From a virus (lineage: Duplodnaviria; Caudoviricetes): a stretch of DNA of 37,800 nucleotides. The position numbers and the translations under genes are program-made. The notes under the pieces are model-generated. The model had not been told where the DNA came from. It did no database searches and worked only from the letters and a program-made list of their open reading frames with translations. Where the stretch lies: positions 1-37,800 of the IMG/VR virus record IMGVR_UViG_3300027969_000214; one strand, written 5' to 3'. The first letter of the stretch is position 1; each line of letters begins with the position of its first letter. This document shows, one piece after another, positions 17,481 through 27,319 of the stretch.

Positions 17481-19565
17481 ATGGCACTTAAGAAACTTGT
17501 ACTGAAGCCGGGAGTTAACCGGGAGAACACCCGTTATACCAACGAGAACGGCTGGTATGAGTCCGACAAGGTTCGGTTTCGCCAAGGCACACCTGAAAAG
17601 ATTGGTGGCTGGGCACGTATTTCAGTGTTTGCTTTTGTCGGTGTGTGCCGTTCCTTGTGGAACTGGATCACCCTTGAGAACTTGAACCTGATCGGAGTAG
17701 GTACAAACCTTAAGTTTTACCTTGAAAACGGCGGCGAATACTACGACATCACGCCTATTCGGGCTGCTGCTGTATTAAGCAATCCTTTTACCACAACAAA
17801 CACAAGTGCCACGGTTTTGGTCACGGACGTGGCGCATGGCGCGGCCAATGGTGATTATGTAAGCTTCAGTAATGTAGCCACAGTGGGTGGTTTAAACCTT
17901 AATGGTGAGTTCCAAATAACTCTCATTGACGCAGATACTTACAACATCACGGCATCTACTACCGCTACATCCGGTGCGACTGGTGGTGGGACTACAGTAT
18001 CTGCTGTTTACCAGATTAACACTGGCGTAGCCTACGAAACACCACAGACAGGCTGGGGCGCAGGCGCTTGGGGTTCTGGTACTTGGGGCTTTAGCGGAAC
18101 AAGTAACGCCGCTTTGCGTCTATGGAGCCAGAATAACTTTGGTGAAGACTTAATCTATGGCTATCGTGGTGGCCCAATTTACTATTGGGATGCATCATTT
18201 GGCTTATCGCCAGCCTCCTTTACAGTCACAATCGCTTCTCCTGCTGTAGTTACTACGTCTATTTCGCTGGTTAACAACACGCCGGTTGTTTTGACCAACT
18301 CAGGCTATCCGTCTGCTTTGCCTACGGGTTTAAGTGTAGGCACAACGTACTACGTTAAAAGCTCTACCGGCACAACATTTAACCTGTCATTGACTCCCGG
18401 CGGCGCAGCTATTAACACTTCTGGATCGCAGTCTGGTACGCACTACATCATGCCTAATGGTGTAAACATCACGAGCTTGTCTGGTTCGTCTGATGCTCCA
18501 ATCATCCAGAACTACATCTATGTATCTGACGTAAGCCGTTTTGTGTTTGCGTTTGGCTGTAACGACTACGCTTCTACAGTACAGAGTCCCATGTTGATTC
18601 GCTGGTCGGATCAGGAGTCTTTGGTTGATTGGACACCCTCATCCACCAATCAGGCCGGTAGTGTCACTTTATCTCACGGCTCAAGCATCATTACAGCTAT
18701 TCAGACCCGTCAAGAGATCTTGGTATGGACTGACTCTGCCATCTATTCTCTCCAATACATTGGCCCGCCAGTAATTTGGTCTAGCCAGTTGATGGGTGAC
18801 AACATTTCTATTCTGGGTCAGAACGCAGCCGCCCAAGCTTCAGGCGTGGTGTACTGGATGGGCGTAGATAAGTTCTATATGTACGATGGCCGCTTACAGA
18901 CACTAAGCTGTGACCTGCGCCGCTACATCTACCAAGACATTAACCTTGACCAGAACCAACAAGTCTTTGCCAGTACCAACGAAGGCTTTAATGAAGTCTG
19001 GTGGTTCTACTGCTCGGCTGGCAGCTTAACTGTTAACCGCTATGTGGTGTACAACTACCTTGAGAAGGTCTGGTACTACGGCACTATGGCACGAACAGCA
19101 TGGCTGGATTCTGGCCTGCGCGACTTCCCAGTTGCCGCTACGTACAGCTATAACTTGGTTAATCAAGAATACGGCTTAGACAACAATGAGACTGGTACGC
19201 CAGCAGGTATTGAGGCTTACATCTCTTCTGCTGAGTTTGACATTGACGATGGCGACAGATTTGGTTTTGTCTGGAGGATGTTGCCTGACCTGACATTCTC
19301 AGGCTCTGACGCTTCTCCTACGCCCGAAGTAACTTATACCCTGTACCCCATGCAGAACTCAGGCTCTGGTACTGGAACGCCATCCACAGCTAACGTAGAC
19401 AAGCTGACCGGCGCTCAATACACAGTGACTGAAGGCTTCACTGGCCAGATCAATACACGGGTTCGTGGTCGCCAGCTTATCTTGAAGGTTGGTTCTTCTA
19501 ACCTTGGGACAACATGGCAGTTGGGTTCTACCCGTATTGATATCAGACCGGACGGCAGACGATGA
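17481..19565 (+). CDS. Tail nozzle / DNA stabilization protein (P22 gp10 / tail tubular B-like) with inserted beta domains
   Basis: KPGVNRENTRY..VRFRQGTPEKIGGW; IRWSDQE; NQAGS; FNEVWWFY; RVRGRQ..RIDIRPDGRR. Confidence 0.75.
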   Translation: MALKKLVLKPGVNRENTRYTNENGWYESDKVRFRQGTPEKIGGWARISVFAFVGVCRSLWNWITLENLNLIGVGTNLKFYLENGGEYYDITPIRAAAVLSNPFTTTNTSATVLVTDVAHGAANGDYVSFSNVATVGGLNLNGEFQITLIDADTYNITASTTATSGATGGGTTVSAVYQINTGVAYETPQTGWGAGAWGSGTWGFSGTSNAALRLWSQNNFGEDLIYGYRGGPIYYWDASFGLSPASFTVTIASPAVVTTSISLVNNTPVVLTNSGYPSALPTGLSVGTTYYVKSSTGTTFNLSLTPGGAAINTSGSQSGTHYIMPNGVNITSLSGSSDAPIIQNYIYVSDVSRFVFAFGCNDYASTVQSPMLIRWSDQESLVDWTPSSTNQAGSVTLSHGSSIITAIQTRQEILVWTDSAIYSLQYIGPPVIWSSQLMGDNISILGQNAAAQASGVVYWMGVDKFYMYDGRLQTLSCDLRRYIYQDINLDQNQQVFASTNEGFNEVWWFYCSAGSLTVNRYVVYNYLEKVWYYGTMARTAWLDSGLRDFPVAATYSYNLVNQEYGLDNNETGTPAGIEAYISSAEFDIDDGDRFGFVWRMLPDLTFSGSDASPTPEVTYTLYPMQNSGSGTGTPSTANVDKLTGAQYTVTEGFTGQINTRVRGRQLILKVGSSNLGTTWQLGSTRIDIRPDGRR

Positions 19566-19909
19566 GCTTTATCGTTACGTCAGATTTTGAGCTTAACAAG
19601 GTGGCCGCACCTAATATGCCGCTACCACCAGTGGAGTACAACCGCCAGTATTTTGACCAGATGCTTAACATCTTGCGTCTGTACTTTAACAGGATTGATG
19701 CTTTAAACACGCAGTTAATAGCCGCTGGTGTAGTGCCTGCTTTGACTAATTACACCGTAGCTACGCTACCAAGTGCGGTTACATCAGGTAAAGGCGCAAG
19801 GTCTTTTGTAACGGATGCTTTAGGCCCAACATTTGGGGCAACCGTGGTGACTGGCGGGGCTGTTGCTGTGCCTGTATATTCTGACGGAACAAATTGGAAG
19901 GTTGGATAA
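19562..19909 (+). CDS. Small virion protein downstream of the nozzle
   Basis: APNMPLPPVEY..LRLYFNRID helix plus YTVATLPSA..YSDGTNW tip-like C-terminus. Confidence 0.65.
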   Translation: MSFIVTSDFELNKVAAPNMPLPPVEYNRQYFDQMLNILRLYFNRIDALNTQLIAAGVVPALTNYTVATLPSAVTSGKGARSFVTDALGPTFGATVVTGGAVAVPVYSDGTNWKVG

Positions 19910-22900
19910 TGGCACGGTTTTCAGACGCAGAAATACGCGCTTATGTAGAAGCAAACATAGATAACCCTGCGGCTATTGCAGAGGCCGCCGCCGCTGCGGG
20001 CGTGTCTATGGCCGATCTGTCTCGTGCCACTGGTTTTTCTGTTGCTGACATTTCTGGTTATTTTGGAAACGCTGGCGTGTCAATCCCTGCTCCAGATAAC
20101 TCTGCGGCTGAACGGGAGGCGGCTCGTATACAAGCGGCAAATGAAGCGGCGTGGGCAAAACAACAAGCCGAGAACGAAAGACTGTGGGCGGCGCAACAAG
20201 CCGAGAATGAGCGCAAATGGGCGGAGCAACAAGCGGCTGCTGCCGCTGCTGCTCGTCAAGCTGCTGCCGCACAAGCTGCCGCAGATAAAGCCGCTGCGGA
20301 AGCTGCTGCACGTGAAGAAGCCGCCAGAACCGCTGCCCAACAAGCTGCCGCTCAACGTGCTGCACAAGCGGCTGCGGCTGCACAAGCTGCGGCAGATAAG
20401 GCTGCTGCTGATGCTGCGGCGCAACAACAAGCTGCTGCACAGGCTAAAGCACAAGCTGATGCAGATGCTAAGGCTGCCGCAGCAGCTACAAAACCGACAG
20501 CTAAAAACCAAGTCTACGAAGACACTGCCGCAGCAGAAGATGCTGGCATTGCGTCATTACCAGCGGCTAAGGCCACGACTGCTAGTGCACCAGCCACACC
20601 TTCAGCCGTAGAAAAGTTAACGCAACAGATCCTAGCTCAAGGCACAACTAGTCAGTGGAAGGGTGAAGGCTTTGGTTCTGCTGAGAAAAACGCAGCCGAC
20701 ATGGCCAAGATTCTGGCTGATACCGGCATTACAGACATTAAACAGTTTGGCAAAGTCACTACTTACGCGCCTGCACAAGAAATTGCAAAAACGTATAACG
20801 GTGAGGTTGTTCGCACCCTAGACAATGGGGACGGCACAACTACTAATGTCATTGTTAGAGGTACAGGCCAATACGACCAAGATGGCAATGAAACAGTTAC
20901 ACAAGTAGCTGTTCCCGCAAACGCCAAATTAACTGCTGTTTATGGGCAAGACAATGGCAATGGTGAACTAGAAGCAATTGACCCCTCTAAAGTAACTATT
21001 AAAGATGGCAAAGCTGTAGTTGCCACCGGCGAGACTTTTGGTAACAAAGTTACAGGCACAGCGGTTGCCAGTACATACGGAGAGCGTCAAACAGGCAACG
21101 CTTTTGGTGGCACATATGCCGGTGAAGGTAACACTGGTTATCGGGTGCAGTTTGATGCACAAGGTAATCCAATTTTTTACACCACCAAAGCTTCCAGCAG
21201 CAACATTGGCGACCTTGCGCCCATCTTGGCTATTGCCTCGTTTATTCCTGCGTTAGCGCCGTTTGCTCAAGCTATCAATGCTGCGATTGCTATTGATCGT
21301 GGCGACATCCTTGGTGGTATTGCGTCACTAGCTGGCGTGGCTGGCATGTCTGAGGTATCTACCGGACTTAAGGTTGTTAAAGCTCTGGACGATGGCAACA
21401 TCATGGGTGTTGTTACATCTTTGTTGGCAGATCCTAGCCTAGGCAAGTTGGCCTCTACCACCATGATTGGTGATGGCATTTCATTTGCAGACGCGGGCAA
21501 AACATTAAAAGTTCTTGATAGCTTAAACAAGGGTGATTTGCTTGGAGCGGCAACTACTGGCGCAGACCTGTCTGGCAGTTCTGATGCCCAAACTGCTGCC
21601 GCAGGTTTAGCCCTCGTTAAAGCTGCAAAAACTGGTGACTTTACGCAAGTGGCTGCTGCGGCTAATGGTTTAAACAACACTTTAAACGCCACTAACAATG
21701 TGGTCACGCAGTTACAAAACTCTGGGTTGGTGGAGAAAGGCACAAACACCAACATCCAAAATCTGCTAGATAGCATGTTAACTGTTGATGCTTCGGGCGC
21801 TAGAGACATTAACGCTGCCGCAGCTTTTGCTGCTGATTCTGGTTACAACAAGTTTGTGTTTGATGGAAAAACCTATACGCTGAACAACGACAATTCAGCC
21901 GCCACTATTGCCCAGCTAGAGGCGGATGCGCTAAGAACTAATACAGCCAACAACCTTAAAGGCGGTGAGTTTGATGGTGTTGATGCTCAAATAGCAGCCA
22001 ACGCCAAAGCAAACAATACAGTTATTGGCAATGCAGAAGCTGACGACTTAACCCAAGCTGCTGCTTTAGCCAAAGCACGCAACCCAACGGGGACGACTTT
22101 CACCTTTGGTGGTAATACTTACACCATGGGTACGTCAAATGCTGCGGTTGCCGGTGCTTTAAACGAAACTAAACTGGCAGAAACCAAAGACAACATTAAA
22201 AACTCTGCATCGTTTAACGAAGCATTTGCTTTAGCTCGTAAGGATCTACCAGCCGGAACAGCGTTTGAATGGTTTAACCCTAAAACCGGCAAGACTGAAA
22301 GTTTTGTCAATGCTACGGCAGCAGAGCGGCCAGATCTGTCTACTGCTGTTAAACCCGCCACCGACCAATCTGACGCAGAAACTCAGCGTTTACTCAACCA
22401 AAGCAATGCGTTAGTCAAAGCTAATGCACCTAATGAAAGCTCGGCTGAAACAAGACGTTTAATTGCCCAGAATGAGGCATTAGATCTTGCGGCTGCCAAA
22501 CAAAAAGCAGACGCAGCAAAAGCTGCCATTAACAGTGTATTGGGCGAAGGAACTGCATCCAATATCTTAATTCAAGGTTTGTCTAACATTAACCAAGCAA
22601 CTGGCCAAACGTTAGACTTCTTTGGCGGCACAGCAGCAGCCATAGGCCTGACAGGCTCAAACAATGCATTAACTAACGCAGGTCAGTCTGTTACGCGCCT
22701 TGGCGAATCAATGCAGTTGGAGTCGGTTAATCAGGCCAATGCCAATGTGATCAAGGCAGTAAACGATGCAGATGGCTTGGGCGCAAAGATCATTGCCGGT
22801 GCAAAAGCTATTTACGACAATCCTCTGTCAGTCAACATGGCTGCGATTGAGGTTTTACAAGAGGCTCTTCCTCTTGGCATAGCATCCAAAGCTTATAAGT

Positions 22901-25428
22901 TGGTTGGCAAATTGGGCGCTGTGGGTATAGATATGGCTTTAAACGCCATTGAGTCTGGCGGAGCAGCATATAACGACAAGTATCGTGATGCGATCAAGGA
23001 TGGCAAGACAGCCGCGCAAGCAGATGCTGAAGCTACTAAAGCTTTCTACATTGCCAGCGCCGTTACTGTGGCTACAGCCGGTGTTGTAGACACTGCGGTG
23101 ATTGGAAAAATTACCAGTGCCGTTGAGAAAGCTGCAACCAAAGCTGGAACTGGTTTTGCCAAAGAAGGCGCATCTGAGTTTGGCGAAGAGTTCCTGACTT
23201 CTGCCATTACCGACTATGCTTTAACCGGCAAGGTTGATTTAAACAAGGCTTTGACACAAGGTGTTGTTGGCGGATTTGTAGCTGGTAAGACCACAACCAG
23301 TATTGATGCTGCTTCTCATCTTTCTAGCAGCGTGTCAGACGTGCAAAATACGTTTACACAAGAACTTAATAACGCAGGCATCAAGTCTTCTGACGGCAGC
23401 AACACAGTTAACTCCTTGGTTGATTCAAAAACCAATACTTTTATTGCGCCAAACAACATCACAAATACTCTTACAAACGCTGGCCTGATAGATACAACAA
23501 ACGCAGATTTAAGTCCTGCCATGCAGTACGCAGCGGCTAATAACACTAGTACGCAGCAAGTGTATGACGCAATTAACGGCTGGATTGCGGCCAATCCTAA
23601 TGCTACACAAGCGGAAATCATGACCGCTATGAACGGCGCTGGCTTGGATGTAGGTGATGTAGTTGCAGCCATGAGTTCTAAAGCCACTACTGACAGCATT
23701 GCCAAAGCGGCTGACACTAGCGGCATAGCCGGTTTGACTGGCACTAAGACCAAAGGCAAAACTGACGCTGAAATAGCCGCTGAAGTTGAAGCTGCTGCTA
23801 AAGCACAAGCCCTTGTGGATGCTAAAACCAAAGCTGATGCTGCTGCTGCAAAACTTGCCGCTGACACCCAAGCTGCAATTGAGGCACAAGTTACAGCCGC
23901 TGCTGAAGCCAAAGCTAAGGCTGAAGCCAAAGCCGCTCTTGACGCTAAGATTGCAGCCGATGCTGCCATTGCGGCTGAGGCACAAGCTAAAGCAGATGCT
24001 GCTGCTAAAGCGGCTGCTGATCAAGCCGCTGCCGATGCCGCCGCCGCTACTGCCGCCGCTGAAGCTGCCGCCAAGGCTGATGCCTCTACTAAAGCGGCTG
24101 CGGATGCCGCTGCTGCCGCTGCGGCTGCCGCTGCTGCAAAATCTGCCGCTGATGCTAAAGCCGCTTCTGATGCGGCGGCTGCTGCTGCCGCTGCAAAAGC
24201 TGCTGCGGATGCTCAGGCAAAGATTGATGCCAAGACTGCTGCCGATGCACAGGCGGCTGCTGATGCTGCTGCTGCTCAGGCCACTGCTGCTGCTAAAGCT
24301 GCCTCAGATGCACAAGCCGCCGCTATAGCTCAGGCCGCTGCCGATGCTCAAGCAGCCGCTGACGCTGCTGCTGCTGCAAAAACTGCGGCTGATGCTAAGG
24401 CTGCGGCTGATGCCCAAGCTGCCGCTCAGGCTGCTTTAAACGCTTTGGTTGCAGCTAAAACCACAACGTCTACCGCAACCGATACAGCCACGGACACCAC
24501 AACTGATACGTCTACTACGGCAACAACAGCGGCTAACACCAATGCAGCTACCAATGCCGCCACTAATGCGGCTACAAACACTGCGACCAATACAAATGCT
24601 GCCACTAACACTAATGCGGCAACTAATACTGCAACAAATACGGCTACGGATACCAATACCAACGCGGCCACAAATACCACCACCAATACAAACCCTACAG
24701 TCAACACCAATCCGACTGTAAATACCAACCCAACGGTGAACACAAACCCCACCGTTAATACTAACCCGACTGTAAACACAAATCCTACAGTCAATACTAA
24801 TCCGACCGTTAATACAAACCCAACGGTAAATACCAATCCGACAGTCACCACTAACCCCACGGTTACAACGAATCCGACTGTTAATACAAACCCAACCGTT
24901 AACACTAACGTTAATGTTTCCACGCCTGACGCAATCACAGTTGGTGATGTATCAATTCCCGGAACATACACGCCACCGGATGTATTAACGTCGATTACGT
25001 CAACTACACCAACTACGCCAATTACAACAACTCCAACAGTTACGGAAGTTACGCCTACCACGCCCACTACGCCAGTGGTCAAGCCGCCCGTCAAGAAGAC
25101 ATCTACGCCAACTCAAACGCAGATGCCACAAAGCGGTGGTGGAGGCCAAGATATAGCCGCTCCGTTGGCAAGTGTGTTCTATTACGGCAAGGACTTTGGT
25201 GGTCAGAAGCAGCAAGTTGCCCCGACGGGCGATTTGATGATGTCTCCGTACCATGAACTAAGTGTTACCAAGGCGGGAGCAGAACCAGAGCCGCAAGCAA
25301 TTCCTGTTGCACAAGAAGCAAAAGGCGGCGAAAATGACATAGCTGCGTTACTTCAACAAATCATGTCTTCTGGCGATAACAACATGACGCAAGAAGAGTT
25401 AATGCAAATTATTCAAGCAAGAGGCTAA
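19909..25428 (+). CDS. Very large low-complexity internal virion/ejection protein (Ala-rich helices, NTNPTV repeats)
   Basis: ~1839 aa from the TAATG-overlap ATG at 19909. Located between the nozzle and ejection genes. Confidence 0.65.
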   Translation: MARFSDAEIRAYVEANIDNPAAIAEAAAAAGVSMADLSRATGFSVADISGYFGNAGVSIPAPDNSAAEREAARIQAANEAAWAKQQAENERLWAAQQAENERKWAEQQAAAAAAARQAAAAQAAADKAAAEAAAREEAARTAAQQAAAQRAAQAAAAAQAAADKAAADAAAQQQAAAQAKAQADADAKAAAAATKPTAKNQVYEDTAAAEDAGIASLPAAKATTASAPATPSAVEKLTQQILAQGTTSQWKGEGFGSAEKNAADMAKILADTGITDIKQFGKVTTYAPAQEIAKTYNGEVVRTLDNGDGTTTNVIVRGTGQYDQDGNETVTQVAVPANAKLTAVYGQDNGNGELEAIDPSKVTIKDGKAVVATGETFGNKVTGTAVASTYGERQTGNAFGGTYAGEGNTGYRVQFDAQGNPIFYTTKASSSNIGDLAPILAIASFIPALAPFAQAINAAIAIDRGDILGGIASLAGVAGMSEVSTGLKVVKALDDGNIMGVVTSLLADPSLGKLASTTMIGDGISFADAGKTLKVLDSLNKGDLLGAATTGADLSGSSDAQTAAAGLALVKAAKTGDFTQVAAAANGLNNTLNATNNVVTQLQNSGLVEKGTNTNIQNLLDSMLTVDASGARDINAAAAFAADSGYNKFVFDGKTYTLNNDNSAATIAQLEADALRTNTANNLKGGEFDGVDAQIAANAKANNTVIGNAEADDLTQAAALAKARNPTGTTFTFGGNTYTMGTSNAAVAGALNETKLAETKDNIKNSASFNEAFALARKDLPAGTAFEWFNPKTGKTESFVNATAAERPDLSTAVKPATDQSDAETQRLLNQSNALVKANAPNESSAETRRLIAQNEALDLAAAKQKADAAKAAINSVLGEGTASNILIQGLSNINQATGQTLDFFGGTAAAIGLTGSNNALTNAGQSVTRLGESMQLESVNQANANVIKAVNDADGLGAKIIAGAKAIYDNPLSVNMAAIEVLQEALPLGIASKAYKLVGKLGAVGIDMALNAIESGGAAYNDKYRDAIKDGKTAAQADAEATKAFYIASAVTVATAGVVDTAVIGKITSAVEKAATKAGTGFAKEGASEFGEEFLTSAITDYALTGKVDLNKALTQGVVGGFVAGKTTTSIDAASHLSSSVSDVQNTFTQELNNAGIKSSDGSNTVNSLVDSKTNTFIAPNNITNTLTNAGLIDTTNADLSPAMQYAAANNTSTQQVYDAINGWIAANPNATQAEIMTAMNGAGLDVGDVVAAMSSKATTDSIAKAADTSGIAGLTGTKTKGKTDAEIAAEVEAAAKAQALVDAKTKADAAAAKLAADTQAAIEAQVTAAAEAKAKAEAKAALDAKIAADAAIAAEAQAKADAAAKAAADQAAADAAAATAAAEAAAKADASTKAAADAAAAAAAAAAAKSAADAKAASDAAAAAAAAKAAADAQAKIDAKTAADAQAAADAAAAQATAAAKAASDAQAAAIAQAAADAQAAADAAAAAKTAADAKAAADAQAAAQAALNALVAAKTTTSTATDTATDTTTDTSTTATTAANTNAATNAATNAATNTATNTNAATNTNAATNTATNTATDTNTNAATNTTTNTNPTVNTNPTVNTNPTVNTNPTVNTNPTVNTNPTVNTNPTVNTNPTVNTNPTVTTNPTVTTNPTVNTNPTVNTNVNVSTPDAITVGDVSIPGTYTPPDVLTSITSTTPTTPITTTPTVTEVTPTTPTTPVVKPPVKKTSTPTQTQMPQSGGGGQDIAAPLASVFYYGKDFGGQKQQVAPTGDLMMSPYHELSVTKAGAEPEPQAIPVAQEAKGGENDIAALLQQIMSSGDNNMTQEELMQIIQARG
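23770..24460 (+). repeat. Ala/Asp/Lys/Gln-rich coding repeat (AAADAxAA)
   Basis: Long GCN-rich degenerate repeat. A similar block lies at about 20100-20490. Confidence 0.8.
24685..24900 (+). repeat. 12 x 18-bp coding tandem repeat, (N/T)TNPTV
   Basis: 216 bp equals 12 hexapeptides; third codon positions vary. Confidence 0.9.
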
Positions 25429-25429
25429 T

Positions 25430-26389
25430 ATGGGTGAAGAATACGATTTTTTTGCGGATCCTAGGAACGATGCATTTGCCTACAATGACTTGGGGGCATC
25501 TCCATCTAACTCTCAAATCCTGTCGGATATAAATTACAGTCCCAGTATGTTAAGCAGCCTTGGCAGTCTTCTGTCGGGCGGTTCTGGATCCATGGCTCAG
25601 ATAGCAAGTCTGGGCGGGCTAGGAGCTTTGCTTAATTCTTTAGGTGGTTCTAGTGGCGGCGGTTACAAAGGCTATCAAGGAAGCATACCAAAGTACACAG
25701 CTTCACGTACTCAGTACGCACCTCCTGTGAGTACAGTGAATCGTGGCCCTGCACCTTCCAACGAAGCTGTCATGGATTATCTAAAGCGTCCCGGTTTAAA
25801 CGATTCTATGATTGCTCGTTCAATGAATGAGTATGGCGTTTCTCCTCAACAAGTTGCTAGTGTGACTCAAACGCCGTTGGCTGACATTCAGTCTCGTTAT
25901 CAAGCTGCGATGGGGCCAAACGCAGGCATGGCACGTCGCCCCGGCTCAGGTGGTGTAACGTACTTCTCCCCTATGGTTTACACGCCCCAAGGCGCTGCCC
26001 CAGCAGCAGCCGCTCCAGCGGAAACCGCTCCGGCTACTGTAGCTCCAGCAGTTGAAGATAAGTCTTATCAAGTCTTTGCCGCAGGCGGTATGGCTCATGG
26101 CGGGTTAGGATCTTTAGGTCATTACTCCGATGGTGGTCACTTGCTTAAAGGGCCGGGCGATGGCGTGTCTGACTCTATCCCTGCGATGATTGGTAACAAG
26201 CAACCAGCCCGTCTGGCCGATGGCGAGTTTGTCATCCCAGCCCGTATTGTTTCTGAGATCGGCAATGGATCTACAGACGCAGGAGCACGTAAACTATATG
26301 CCATGATGGATCGCATCCAGAAAGCTCGTGGCAAGACTTTGAAGAACGTTGCAGCCAACACCAAGGCTGACAAACATTTACCAGCGTAA
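25430..26389 (+). CDS. Internal virion protein with GPGDGVSDSIPA..LADGEFV domain
   Basis: FAAGG/MAHGG/YSDGG motifs precede the conserved C-terminal domain. Confidence 0.7.
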   Translation: MGEEYDFFADPRNDAFAYNDLGASPSNSQILSDINYSPSMLSSLGSLLSGGSGSMAQIASLGGLGALLNSLGGSSGGGYKGYQGSIPKYTASRTQYAPPVSTVNRGPAPSNEAVMDYLKRPGLNDSMIARSMNEYGVSPQQVASVTQTPLADIQSRYQAAMGPNAGMARRPGSGGVTYFSPMVYTPQGAAPAAAAPAETAPATVAPAVEDKSYQVFAAGGMAHGGLGSLGHYSDGGHLLKGPGDGVSDSIPAMIGNKQPARLADGEFVIPARIVSEIGNGSTDAGARKLYAMMDRIQKARGKTLKNVAANTKADKHLPA

Positions 26390-26398
26390 GGTTTAAAC

Positions 26399-27310
26399 AT
26401 GGCTACATCACCTATTGCAGGACTAACCCCCCAATCTGGAGGAACATCCTCCTCCACCCTATCTGAATGGGCAGGCCCGTATGTAACGGATATGCTTGGC
26501 AAAGCCCAAGCGATTGCCGATCAGCCTTATGCTGTGTACGGTGGCCCACAGACTGCGGGTGAGTCAGGCTTACAGTCCAAGGTCTTCCAAGGCTTGGGCA
26601 ATCTGTCCTTCCCCGGCCAACTTGGTCAATCATTTAGCTCTACAGGTGCGTATCAGCCTCCTCCAATGACCCCCGGTGTTTATAGCCCCGGAGCCGTTGG
26701 CACAGGCGCAGGCGCTCCTCCTATGGGCGGTATGGGTGCACCTATGGGAGGTCAGCCTCCTTCCGGTCAACCTACTGGCGTAGCGGCTCAGTACATGAAT
26801 CCATACTTGGATTCAGTCCTCCAACCTCAGTTGGCAGAAATGCGCCGTCAGTCCGAGATCAATCTCCAACCAAGCATGGCCAAGTTAACCCAAGCCGGTG
26901 GTTATGGTGGCGGCCGTCAGGCCATTATGGAGTCTGAGGCTAACCGCAACCTACTTCAAGAGCAGAACAAGACTATCGGCCAAGGGTACGCAAATGCGTA
27001 CGACAAGGCCATGGGTCAATTTAACACTGAGCAGGGTCAAGCTAAGACTTTGGCTGACATGATGTCTGAGGCCGGTGGTCAACAGCGTGGTATTGAACAG
27101 CAAGGTATCAGCGCAGACTACAACGAATTCCTCGCACAACGTGATGATCCAATGAAGAAGACGCAGTACTTGCAGTCTATGCTTCAAGGTCTGCCTATCT
27201 CTACGGTCACCAACACAGCCGCCCAGCAATCTGGCCTTGGCTCTTTGGTGTCTTCAATCGGCGGTATGGGTTCTATCATGGACTCATTGAACAAGTTTAA
27301 ATTGACCTAA
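26399..27310 (+). CDS. DNA ejection/transfer protein (Gln/Gly-rich)
   Basis: QYMNPY; GGYGGGRQ; Gln-rich helices; C-terminal GLGSLVSSIGG amphipathic segment. Confidence 0.65.
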   Translation: MATSPIAGLTPQSGGTSSSTLSEWAGPYVTDMLGKAQAIADQPYAVYGGPQTAGESGLQSKVFQGLGNLSFPGQLGQSFSSTGAYQPPPMTPGVYSPGAVGTGAGAPPMGGMGAPMGGQPPSGQPTGVAAQYMNPYLDSVLQPQLAEMRRQSEINLQPSMAKLTQAGGYGGGRQAIMESEANRNLLQEQNKTIGQGYANAYDKAMGQFNTEQGQAKTLADMMSEAGGQQRGIEQQGISADYNEFLAQRDDPMKKTQYLQSMLQGLPISTVTNTAAQQSGLGSLVSSIGGMGSIMDSLNKFKLT

Positions 27311-27319
27311 GGGTTCGCT

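Noticed and set aside
19894-19908. TTG start at 19894 for the 1844-aa ORF
   Set aside because: The ATG at 19909 overlapping the upstream TAA (TAATG) is the more plausible coupled start.
24685-24900. Ice-nucleation or antifreeze repeat
   Set aside because: Lacks the AGYGST/TxT period of known ice-binding repeats and lies in a probable internal protein.
19976-25254. Long alternative-frame and minus-strand ORFs over the Ala/Thr repeats (e.g. 23316..23969, 23786..24328, 24426..25094)
   Set aside because: Shadow ORFs produced by stop-poor GCN/ACN repeats; no RBS or protein-like features.
19909-26389. Tape-measure or TolA annotation
   Set aside because: Similarity is compositional or limited to the short GPGDG..SDSIPA motif; no tail tube or sheath genes are seen and the context is podoviral ejection proteins.
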